A stretch of 64,000 nucleotides of DNA from Escherichia phage BP32, in the sequence record OR906198.1. One strand, 5' to 3'. Positions 27,757-35,720 of the stretch are shown in pieces; position 1 is the first letter of the stretch, and the number at the start of each line of letters is the position of its first letter. Made by a program: the position numbers and the translations under genes. Below the pieces are notes generated by a model. That model saw only the letters and a program-made list of their open reading frames with translations, was not told where the DNA came from and searched no databases.

Positions 27757-28005
27757 ATGATTAAACAATTACAACACGCTCTTGAACTGCAACGAAACGC
27801 ATGGAATAATGGTCACGAAAACTATGGCGCATCTATTGATGTTGAAGCCGAAGCTCTTGAAATCCTGCGTTATTTCAAACATCTGAATCCTGCTCAAACC
27901 GCATTAGCTGCTGAGCTCCAGGAAAAAGATGAACTTAAGTATGCTAAGCCTCTGGCTTCTGCTGCACGAAAAGCAGTTCGTCACTTTGTGGTAACACTGA
28001 AGTAA
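27757..28005 (+). CDS. rIII: rIII lysis inhibition accessory protein
   Basis: 82 aa MIKQLQHALELQRNAWNNGHENYGASIDVEAEALEILRYFKHL matches T4 rIII. Confidence 0.9.
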   Translation: MIKQLQHALELQRNAWNNGHENYGASIDVEAEALEILRYFKHLNPAQTALAAELQEKDELKYAKPLASAARKAVRHFVVTLK

Positions 28006-28199
28006 TTTATTGGAGATTCACTGCCTTAGTGTGAGCTAAAATCGAGGAGCCGTCGAACTTTGTTTTACGGTGTACCTCTTGAATGTTGACGAGGTTTATG
28101 GTTATCCTGTCGGTAAATATTCAAAACCTAAGTACCCCTTGAGGGCTTTCGCAGGCAATGCCAATAAGTCCTGCATTTTCATTTAAAAGAGAATTTATA

Positions 28200-28376
28200 A
28201 TGGCAAAACAAGCTAAAGCAAAGAAAGCAGTTGAAAAGAAAGTTGGTGATTCTAAACGCGCTGGTTACAAGCGTGGGTCGAACTCTCGTATCAATCAAAC
28301 TGTTGAGAAGATCATGCGCCGAGCACGTGCGGTTCTTCGAGATGATGCTTCTCGTTTTGGTAAGCAGAAAGCATAA
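28200..28376 (+). CDS. Small lysine/arginine-rich protein (58 aa; alternative start 28158)
   Basis: MAKQAKAKKAVEKKVGDSKRAGYKRGS...; followed by strong terminator. Confidence 0.5.
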   Translation: MAKQAKAKKAVEKKVGDSKRAGYKRGSNSRINQTVEKIMRRARAVLRDDASRFGKQKA

Positions 28377-28381
28377 GTTGA

Positions 28382-28410
28382 GGACTCCTTCGGGAGTCCT
28401 TTTTTATTTT
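28382..28410 (+). terminator. Rho-independent terminator
   Basis: ggactcc-ttcg-ggagtcc hairpin followed by TTTTTTATTTT. Confidence 0.8.
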
Positions 28411-28429
28411 CCAAAGATTGCATAAAGTT

Positions 28430-28462
28430 GTTTACAGTATAGTTCCTTTGTGATAGTATTAT
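28430..28462 (+). promoter_or_regulatory. T4-early-like promoter with tcctttgt/acaaagga inverted repeat around the -10
   Basis: GTTTAC 28430-28435; gatagtattat -10 region. Confidence 0.45.
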
Positions 28463-28486
28463 CTTACACAAACAAAGGAGAATAAA

Positions 28487-28819
28487 ATGAAAACGATTAA
28501 TCTGAACGCTACAGTTAAAACTAAATGCTTCAATGGTAAATATGATGAAACTATGTGGTTCTTAATGGCAGTTGAAGGTGATATTGTTGAAGTAGAAACA
28601 ACAGAAGGTATGGGAACAGATTTCACCTTTACAATTCAAGTTCATAATTTCTTTACTGGTTGGATTTATGAATTGAATACAGTAATCGTTGGAAAAATTG
28701 AACAAAATGAATTAGGTGAATGGTATTATGTTACAGCTCGCCAACGCGCAGAACGCTTAATTGAGAAGATGAAAAAAGTTGGTAAACTTGACATGCAACA
28801 TTGGAAAGTAGTAAAATAA
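28487..28819 (+). CDS. Hypothetical protein (110 aa)
   Basis: ORF with AAGGAG Shine-Dalgarno. Confidence 0.6.
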   Translation: MKTINLNATVKTKCFNGKYDETMWFLMAVEGDIVEVETTEGMGTDFTFTIQVHNFFTGWIYELNTVIVGKIEQNELGEWYYVTARQRAERLIEKMKKVGKLDMQHWKVVK

Positions 28820-28821
28820 TT

Positions 28822-28850
28822 GTTTACTTTGGTACAGGATATGATATTAT
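28822..28850 (+). promoter_or_regulatory. T4-early-like promoter with ggtacagg/cctgtacc inverted repeat around the -10
   Basis: GTTTAC 28822-28827, TATTAT 28845-28850, 17 nt spacer. Confidence 0.5.
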
Positions 28851-28887
28851 ATACCTGTACCGCAATTAAACATCTCGGAGAATAAAA

Positions 28888-29253
28888 ATGAACTACATCA
28901 ACTTTGAACGTAAATATGTTTCTAATGGTATTGCAGGTTCTATTGATACTATCTGCCTTTGGAAACATCAAAATGGATCAGTATGCGAAATTGAACAGTA
29001 TATGACTCCTAACTACGTTTATATGCGATTTGAAAATGGCATCACGGTTTCAATCACGATGGAAGGTTCCAACTTCAAAATTGCATTAGATGATGATTTC
29101 CGTCAACGTGATTTAGGTACTCATCCTTGCTGGAACGGTGATAATCGTAAACTTCTGGTTAAAACTTGGATTCGTCATATCCTGAGTAACCGAGCTAAAC
29201 CTGAACATCTCGAAGCAATCTTTGATGTAGTTCTTAACGAATTCGATATCTAA
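28888..29253 (+). CDS. Hypothetical protein (121 aa)
   Basis: ORF with GGAG Shine-Dalgarno. Confidence 0.6.
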   Translation: MNYINFERKYVSNGIAGSIDTICLWKHQNGSVCEIEQYMTPNYVYMRFENGITVSITMEGSNFKIALDDDFRQRDLGTHPCWNGDNRKLLVKTWIRHILSNRAKPEHLEAIFDVVLNEFDI

Positions 29254-29260
29254 TTTAACT

Positions 29261-29276
29261 GGGAGCTTCGGCTCCC
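29261..29276 (+). other. UUCG-loop hairpin gggagc-ttcg-gctccc (no U-run; likely RNA stability element)
   Basis: Perfect 6 bp stem between ORFs. Confidence 0.4.
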
Positions 29277-29288
29277 ACTGAGGAAATT

Positions 29289-29903
29289 ATGTTTAAAGTT
29301 AATACTTTTTATAAAATGAATTTTAAAAATGGGGATATTACTCCACGCCTTAAAAACATGTTCTCATATGACCTTATCGAGCCTTTTGAAGTTTTAGAAG
29401 TTACTGATGCCGGCTCGGTTTGTGAAATTAGAACTTCTGAAGGTAAAATTTATCAGGCAGGTGTTGGTAAATTCAGTAATTGTTTTACTTTAATATTCTC
29501 GACCGATTTAGATGAGCATTTTATTGAATGTCCTAACCCTAAGGTCCACGAAGTTCCACATCAAGAAACTAAGAAAAATGGCCCGCACGAATATACGAAG
29601 GTTGAAACTCCTCACGGCGTGATGTGGCGTCATAACTCTCCTTTTGGAAGTAAAGGAACATTTGCTCAACCGTCTAAACCGTATGATGATGAAAAATACA
29701 TCGTCGTCTTTTTATCTGAACAGGGTACTCAAGACCGTGGATGCCAACGAAGTGGTTTACTAAGTGAACTTGAAGCTCATAACCAAGCACGTGAATTCGT
29801 TGAGAAAAATCCTGGTTCTGAAGCTCTAGTCATGAAAGCAATTACTCAATATATCACTGCTCAACCTGTTGTTCATCCGGTAGAAATTAATTTCGTTAAG
29901 TAG
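29289..29903 (+). CDS. Hypothetical protein (204 aa)
   Basis: ORF with GAGGAAA Shine-Dalgarno. Confidence 0.6.
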   Translation: MFKVNTFYKMNFKNGDITPRLKNMFSYDLIEPFEVLEVTDAGSVCEIRTSEGKIYQAGVGKFSNCFTLIFSTDLDEHFIECPNPKVHEVPHQETKKNGPHEYTKVETPHGVMWRHNSPFGSKGTFAQPSKPYDDEKYIVVFLSEQGTQDRGCQRSGLLSELEAHNQAREFVEKNPGSEALVMKAITQYITAQPVVHPVEINFVK

Positions 29904-29933
29904 TTTACATCCAAGGACGGATTAGAGTATAAT
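29904..29933 (+). promoter_or_regulatory. T4-early-like promoter (GTTTAC ... TATAAT)
   Basis: GTTTAC 29904-29909, TATAAT 29928-29933, 18 nt spacer. Confidence 0.5.
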
Positions 29934-29957
29934 GATTTCTTTAGTAAGTGGAAAAAT

Positions 29958-30155
29958 ATGAAATTTTTAATAGCACAAACAGTCCAATTAAAAGGTGTTG
30001 GAATTCCTGGGATGATTTTTAAAGTTCTCCATGAATTTAAAACCGCTGCTGGAATTATCAATGAAGCGTATGCTGTTCAATGGGTTGATGGGACTTCTGA
30101 CATACGTATGGGTAAAGAGCTATCTCCTATTAAAGGGTTGAAACATGTTGAATAA
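29958..30155 (+). CDS. Hypothetical protein (65 aa)
   Basis: ORF downstream of early promoter. Confidence 0.45.
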   Translation: MKFLIAQTVQLKGVGIPGMIFKVLHEFKTAAGIINEAYAVQWVDGTSDIRMGKELSPIKGLKHVE

Positions 30156-30357
30156 ATTAATCCAGAAATTGTTAGGCACGGAAATGGTTGAAGTTACTTA
30201 TCGTGTGACTGACTGCTCGCCTATTCATCCACAGGATGAACCGTTTATCAAGACAATTAAAATGCTTAAAAATGACGGTGGTTTATCTATTGAAGACCGT
30301 CTGCCTAGTTACGGTCATTGGGCCGATGTTGAAATTATAAGTGTTAAAGATGTCTGA
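30145..30357 (+). CDS. Hypothetical protein (70 aa)
   Basis: Overlapping start/stop arrangement. Confidence 0.45.
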   Translation: MLNKLIQKLLGTEMVEVTYRVTDCSPIHPQDEPFIKTIKMLKNDGGLSIEDRLPSYGHWADVEIISVKDV

Positions 30358-30808
30358 ATTAGAAATAAGAAGCAATTTCAAATGGCCGTCATGTGCATTA
30401 AGTAACTTTGCTCAATGGCCTTTTGTTATGGATGGTATTCAATTCGGAGGTCTTGAAGGATTTCTCCAAGGATGTAAGGTGAAAAATGTTGAACAACAAA
30501 AACGTATATTTGGGTTGTCTGGATTGGCTGCACAGCAAGCCGGAAGGTCTTATGCAAGAGCTCAGGACCGTGGGACTCTCTTCTGGTTAGGAGTTCCATT
30601 TTCAAGATACTCTGAAGCGTGGAAAGAATTATACACAAATGCATATTTTGAAGCAGCGATCCAAAACAGGGGTTTTCGTGATGCATTACAAGCCTCGAAA
30701 GGAAAAGTTTTGAAGCACAGCATGGCTAGTGGTCTAACAAAAGATGATACAATACTAACCGAAGCTGAATTTATTGATGTGTTAAACCTATTAAGAGACT
30801 CTCTATGA
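30341..30808 (+). CDS. NADAR-like (YbiA/DUF1768-like) domain protein
   Basis: ALSNFAQWPFVMDGIQFGGLEGFLQGCK resembles the YbiA core DFSNFAAWPIKVDGKTWPTSEHYFQAQKF as I recall it. Confidence 0.55.
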   Translation: MLKMSELEIRSNFKWPSCALSNFAQWPFVMDGIQFGGLEGFLQGCKVKNVEQQKRIFGLSGLAAQQAGRSYARAQDRGTLFWLGVPFSRYSEAWKELYTNAYFEAAIQNRGFRDALQASKGKVLKHSMASGLTKDDTILTEAEFIDVLNLLRDSL

Positions 30809-31659
30809 AGCCAACTATTTTGACTGATATTGATGGAGTATGTTTAAGCTGGCAATCAGGCCTTCCTTATTTTGCTCAGAAATATAATCTTCCATTAGAA
30901 CATATTTTAAAAATGATCCAAGATGAGAAATTTATTTCTCCAGGTAAACTCTTTAATTGTGACGAAGAACTTGGCGTCAAGTTAATTGAAAAATACAATC
31001 GTTCAGATTTTATTCGTTACTTGTCTCCGTATAAAGATGCCCTGTGTGTAATTAACAAATTAAAAGAAGATTATAATTTTGTAGCTGTTACAGCATTGGG
31101 TGATTCTATTGATGCTCTATTAAATCGTCAATTTAATTTGAATGCTCTTTTTCCTGGTGCCTTTTCAGAAGTAATGATGTGTGGTCATGATTCTTCAAAA
31201 GAAGAGTTGTTCAAAAAGGCAAAAGAGAAATATAACGTAATTTGTTATATTGACGATCTCGCTCATCACTGCGATCATGCGAGTGAAATATTAAATGTTC
31301 CTGTTTATTGGATGGCTCGAGGAGAACGTGACAATATTCCAAAAACTGCTCAGCGAGTTTATACATGGAATGATGTAGAAAATAAGCTTTTTTCGCCGAA
31401 GGAAAATAAAGAAAGTTTTGATAGTGAAAAAGCTATAAAAGATTTAATTGAGAAGATGGTTAAAAACGATTCTTTTCCTTGGAACACTACCTGGAGAACG
31501 CCTGGATTAAATCCTTATAATCCATATTATCTATATTATCTATATCATCCATATCAGACACATCCGTTTCAGACATGGAACTATATTAAACCTGGTGGCA
31601 TAGAGTATTTGTATAATAGACCTACTAGTGGTGATAATATTTTTCAAGGAGCATTCTAA
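30805..31659 (+). CDS. HAD-superfamily phosphatase/nucleotidase-like protein with Tyr/Pro-rich C-terminal tail
   Basis: N-terminal ILTDIDGV (HAD motif I DxDG); C-terminal NPYNPYYLYYLYHPYQTHPFQ. Confidence 0.6.
   Translation: MKPTILTDIDGVCLSWQSGLPYFAQKYNLPLEHILKMIQDEKFISPGKLFNCDEELGVKLIEKYNRSDFIRYLSPYKDALCVINKLKEDYNFVAVTALGDSIDALLNRQFNLNALFPGAFSEVMMCGHDSSKEELFKKAKEKYNVICYIDDLAHHCDHASEILNVPVYWMARGERDNIPKTAQRVYTWNDVENKLFSPKENKESFDSEKAIKDLIEKMVKNDSFPWNTTWRTPGLNPYNPYYLYYLYHPYQTHPFQTWNYIKPGGIEYLYNRPTSGDNIFQGAF
31522..31557 (+). repeat. Four imperfect 9 bp tandem repeats inside the HAD-like gene
   Basis: ccatattat / ctatattat / ctatatcat / ccatatcag, encoding the YYLYYLYHPYQ tail. Confidence 0.6.
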
Positions 31660-31835
31660 TGTTTGTTGTTCATACTATTTATGAAAATGAAGGTAATACT
31701 ACACGTGATTACGGTCACGTAAATCAATTTTTTAGATGCAATCCAGAATTCCGTGCTCAAAAAGACGAACGAATTTTTAAAAAAATGTGTAGAACAAGGT
31801 TTCATTTACGTCAAGCACTGGATGCAAGGAAATAA
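31659..31835 (+). CDS. Small ORF (58 aa), below the ORF-track length cut-off
   Basis: ATG overlaps upstream TAA (TAATG); translation MFVVHTIYENEGNTTRDYGHVNQFFRCNPEFRAQKDERIFKKMCRTRFHLRQALDARK. Confidence 0.35.
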   Translation: MFVVHTIYENEGNTTRDYGHVNQFFRCNPEFRAQKDERIFKKMCRTRFHLRQALDARK

Positions 31836-31925
31836 AGTTAGAACTACATATCATAAGTCTTTGCCTGAGCTTAATGATGAATTGATTTATAATAGAGATG
31901 TAAATCAAACTCTGAAGGATGAACA

Positions 31926-33386
31926 ATGATTCTTAAAATTCTGAATGAAATAGCATCTATTGGATCAACTAAGCAGAAGCAAGCAATTCTTGAAAAGAAT
32001 AAAGATAATGAATTGCTTAAACGAGTATATCGTCTGACTTATTCTCGTGGGTTACAGTATTATATTAAGAAATGGCCTAAACCTGGTATTGCTACCCAGA
32101 GTTTTGGAATGCTGACCATTACCGATATGCTTGACTTCATTGAATTCACGTTAGCTACTCGGAAATTGACTGGAAATGCAGCAATTGAGGAATTAACTGG
32201 ATATATCACTGATGGTAAAAAGGATGATGTTGAAGTTTTGCGTCGAGTGATGATGCGAGACCTTGAATGCGGTGCTTCAGTATCTATTGCAAACAAAGTT
32301 TGGCCAGGTTTAATTCCTGAACAACCTCAAATGCTGGCAAGTTCTTATGATGAAAAAGGCATTAGTAAGAATATCAAGTTTCCAGCCTTTGCGCAATTAA
32401 AAGCAGATGGAGCTCGGTGTTTTGCTGAAGTCCGAGGCGATGAATTAGATGATGTTCGTCTTTTATCACGAGCTGGTAATGAATATCTAGGATTAGATCT
32501 TCTTAAGGAAGAGTTAATCAAAATGACTGCTGAAGCCCGCCAGATTCATCCAGAAGGTGTGTTAATTGATGGCGAATTGGTATACCATGAGCAAGTTGAA
32601 AAAGAGCCAGAAGGCCTAGATTTTCTTTTTGATGCTCCTGAAATCAGTAAAGCTAAAGAATTCGCCGAAGTAGCTGAATCACGTACTGCTTCTAATGGAA
32701 TCGCTAATAAATCTTTAAAGGGAACTATTTCAGAAAAAGAAGCTCAATGCATGAAGTTTCAGGTCTGGGATTATGTCCCGTTGGTAGAAATATACTGTCT
32801 TCCGGCGTTTCGTTTAAAATATGATGTACGTTTTTCTAAACTAGAACAAATGGCATCAGGATATGATAAAGTAATTTTAATTGAAAACCAGGTAGTAAAT
32901 AACCTAGATGAAGCTAAGGTAATTTATAAAAAGTATATTGACCAAGGTCTTGAAGGTATTATTCTCAAAAATACCGATGGATTGTGGGAAAATGCTCGTT
33001 CAAAAAATCTCTATAAATTTAAAGAAGTAATTGATGTTGATTTAAAAATTGTAGGAATTTATCCTCACCGTAAAGACCCTACTAAAGCAGGTGGATTTAT
33101 TCTTGAATCAGAGTGTGGAAAAATTAAAGTAAATGCAGGTTCAGGCTTAAAAGATAAAGCCGGTGTAAAATCACATGAACTTGACCGTACTCGCATTATG
33201 GAAAACCAAAATTATTATATTGGAAAAATTCTAGAGTGCGAATGCAACGGTTGGTTAAAATCTGATGGTCGCACTGATTACGTTAAATTATTTCTTCCAA
33301 TTGCGATTCGTTTACGTGAAGATAAAACTAAAGCTAATACATTCGAGGATGTATTTGGTGATTTTCATGAGGTAACTGGTCTATGA
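31926..33386 (+). CDS. 30: ATP-dependent DNA ligase gp30
   Basis: MILKILNEIASIGSTKQKQAILEKNKDNELLKRVYRLTYSRGLQYYIKKWPKPG matches T4 DNA ligase; 486 aa. Confidence 0.96.
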   Translation: MILKILNEIASIGSTKQKQAILEKNKDNELLKRVYRLTYSRGLQYYIKKWPKPGIATQSFGMLTITDMLDFIEFTLATRKLTGNAAIEELTGYITDGKKDDVEVLRRVMMRDLECGASVSIANKVWPGLIPEQPQMLASSYDEKGISKNIKFPAFAQLKADGARCFAEVRGDELDDVRLLSRAGNEYLGLDLLKEELIKMTAEARQIHPEGVLIDGELVYHEQVEKEPEGLDFLFDAPEISKAKEFAEVAESRTASNGIANKSLKGTISEKEAQCMKFQVWDYVPLVEIYCLPAFRLKYDVRFSKLEQMASGYDKVILIENQVVNNLDEAKVIYKKYIDQGLEGIILKNTDGLWENARSKNLYKFKEVIDVDLKIVGIYPHRKDPTKAGGFILESECGKIKVNAGSGLKDKAGVKSHELDRTRIMENQNYYIGKILECECNGWLKSDGRTDYVKLFLPIAIRLREDKTKANTFEDVFGDFHEVTGL

Positions 33387-33571
33387 AAGCTTACTTAGAA
33401 ACAATTGTCGTGGCTCAAAAAGAAGGTGGAGATGTTTCTACTTCTGTATCACAAGTCATTCTCGAATTTGTAGATGCATATGCTTATAATAAATTTACAG
33501 AAACATTTGATGCCTATGAAAAAGGACCAAAGTTTGAAATATATCGTACTCTCTTACCACTAGATTACTAA
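33383..33571 (+). CDS. Hypothetical protein (62 aa) overlapping ligase stop
   Basis: ATGA overlap with ligase. Confidence 0.45.
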   Translation: MKAYLETIVVAQKEGGDVSTSVSQVILEFVDAYAYNKFTETFDAYEKGPKFEIYRTLLPLDY

Positions 33572-33600
33572 AGGCCTTCGGGCCTTTAATTTTATAAATA
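33571..33600 (+). promoter_or_regulatory. Hairpin aaaggcc-ttcg-ggccttt followed by late promoter TATAAATA (33593-33600) upstream of alt
   Basis: Perfect stem plus exact late promoter motif about 25 bp before the alt ATG. Confidence 0.55.
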
Positions 33601-33623
33601 GAATAAACACTAGAGAGGATATG

Positions 33624-35717
33624 ATGGAACTCATTACAGAATTATTTGACGAAGATACTACTCTTCCGATTACAAACTTAAATCCAAAGAAGAAAATACC
33701 ACAAATTTTTTCAGTTCATGTCGATGACGCAATTGAACAACCAGGCTTTCGTTTATGTACCTATACATCTGGAGGTGATACTAATCGCGATTTAAAAATG
33801 GGCGATAAAATGATGCATATTGTTCCTTTTACATTAACTGCTAAAGGTTCAATTGCTAAATTAAAAGGTCTCGGTCCAAGCCCAATTAATTACATCAATT
33901 CAGTTTTTACTGTTGCAATGCAGACGATGCGCCAGTATAAAATTGATGCCTGCATGCTTCGTATTCTTAAGTCTAAAACTGCTGGTCAAGCTCGACAAAT
34001 TCAAGTTATTGCTGATAGACTTATCCGTAGTCGTTCAGGTGGCAGATACGTCCTTCTTAAGGAACTCTGGGATTATGATAAAAAGTATGCATATATTCTT
34101 ATACATCGCAAAAATGTATCACTAGAAGACATTCCAGGAGTTCCGGAAATTAGTACCGAGCTCTTTACTAAAGTTGAATCGAAGGTCGGCGATGTTTATA
34201 TCAATAAAGATACCGGAGCTCAAGTAACTAAAAATGAGGCAATTGCAGCATCTATTGCACAAGAAAATGATAAACGTTCTGACCAAGCTGTTATTGTTAA
34301 AGTTAAAATTTCCCGTAGAGCAATTGCACAAAGCCAGTCATTGGAATCTTCTAGATTTGAAAGCGAATTATTCCAGAAGTATGAATCTACTGCAGCTAAT
34401 TTCAATAAACCTGCTACAGCTCCTTTAATTCCCGAAGCAGAAGAAATGAAGCTTGGAATTAATTCATTAGCTTCTAAAACTAAGGCAGCAAAAATTATTG
34501 CCGAAGGAACCGCAGATGAACTTCACTATGACTATAAATTCTTTTCAAAAAGTGAGGTTAATGAAGTTTCTGAAAAAATTAAAGATGTAATTCTTAATGC
34601 GATTAAAAATGAACCAACTACTTCAATAAAATGTTTAGAGAAATACGCAGCAGCTGTTAATAAATTCTTTGAAGAATATAAAGATAATTGGCTTGATAAA
34701 CATAATAAAACCCGTAAAGGACAGCCAGATGAAGTCTGGGAAGAAATAACTAAAAATTCCTGGAACGCAGCAAAAACTAAATTCCTCAAACGAATGATTT
34801 ATAGCTTTTCTGGAATTGGTGCAGGTCCAATGATTGATATTACTATTGCCCGTGATGGTTCTAAATATACCCCATCGCAAAAGCGCGGCATTAGAGAGTA
34901 TTGTGGATCAGGATATACTGACATCAATAATCTTCTTTTAGGCCGCTACAATCCAGAACGATATGATGTAATGAGTGAAAAAGAAATTGAATCTGCGATA
35001 AATAATTTAGATTCAGCCTTTGAAAATGGTGACCGTATACCAGAAGGCATTACAGTTTATCGTGCTCAAAGTATGACTGCTCCTATATACGAAGCACTAG
35101 TTAAAAATAAAGTGTTCTATTTCAGAAATTTTGTATCTACTTCTTTAACTCCTATCATTTTTGGACGTTTTGGAATTACACATGCTGGTATCGGTCTTTT
35201 AGAACCAGAAGCTCGTAATGAATTAACAGTTGATAAAAATGAAGAAGGAATAACTATTAATCCAAACGAAATAAGAGCGTATAAAGAAAATCCTGAATAC
35301 GTTAAAGTTCAAATAGGATGGGCAATTGATGGAGCTCATAAAGTTAATGTTGTATATCCAGGAAGTCTCGGAATAGCAACTGAAGCTGAAGTTATTCTAC
35401 CGCGCGGATTGATGGTCAAAGTTAATAAAATAACTGATGCTTCTAATAATGACGGAACAACAACTAATAATACAAAACTCATTCAAGCTGAAGTTATGAC
35501 TACGGAAGAACTCACCGAATCAGTAATTTATGATGGTGACCGTCTAATGGAAACTGGTGAAGTAGTTGCAATGACAGGTGATATTGAAATAGAAGACAGA
35601 GTTGACTTTGCATCATTTGTTTCATCAAATGTTAAACAAAAAGTAGAATCATCTCTTGGAATTATTGCGTCTTGCATAGATATTACAAACATGCCTTACA
35701 AGTTCGTTCAAGGATAA
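33624..35717 (+). CDS. alt: Alt-family mono-ADP-ribosyltransferase, copy 1 (packaged internal head protein)
   Basis: MELITELFDEDTTLPITNLNPKKKIPQIFSVHVDD N-terminus matches T4 Alt; ART motifs VYRAQ, FVSTS, TEAEVILPRG. Confidence 0.9.
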   Translation: MELITELFDEDTTLPITNLNPKKKIPQIFSVHVDDAIEQPGFRLCTYTSGGDTNRDLKMGDKMMHIVPFTLTAKGSIAKLKGLGPSPINYINSVFTVAMQTMRQYKIDACMLRILKSKTAGQARQIQVIADRLIRSRSGGRYVLLKELWDYDKKYAYILIHRKNVSLEDIPGVPEISTELFTKVESKVGDVYINKDTGAQVTKNEAIAASIAQENDKRSDQAVIVKVKISRRAIAQSQSLESSRFESELFQKYESTAANFNKPATAPLIPEAEEMKLGINSLASKTKAAKIIAEGTADELHYDYKFFSKSEVNEVSEKIKDVILNAIKNEPTTSIKCLEKYAAAVNKFFEEYKDNWLDKHNKTRKGQPDEVWEEITKNSWNAAKTKFLKRMIYSFSGIGAGPMIDITIARDGSKYTPSQKRGIREYCGSGYTDINNLLLGRYNPERYDVMSEKEIESAINNLDSAFENGDRIPEGITVYRAQSMTAPIYEALVKNKVFYFRNFVSTSLTPIIFGRFGITHAGIGLLEPEARNELTVDKNEEGITINPNEIRAYKENPEYVKVQIGWAIDGAHKVNVVYPGSLGIATEAEVILPRGLMVKVNKITDASNNDGTTTNNTKLIQAEVMTTEELTESVIYDGDRLMETGEVVAMTGDIEIEDRVDFASFVSSNVKQKVESSLGIIASCIDITNMPYKFVQG

Positions 35718-35720
35718 ATC

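Noticed and set aside
28083-28115. sigma70-like TTGACG in the rIII downstream non-coding region as a host-type promoter
   Set aside because: No acceptable -10 hexamer at 16-19 bp spacing; likely chance match.
33913-34880. Several short ORFs on both strands inside the first alt gene
   Set aside because: All lie within the 698 aa Alt reading frame, which is supported by end-to-end similarity to T4 Alt; no independent signals.
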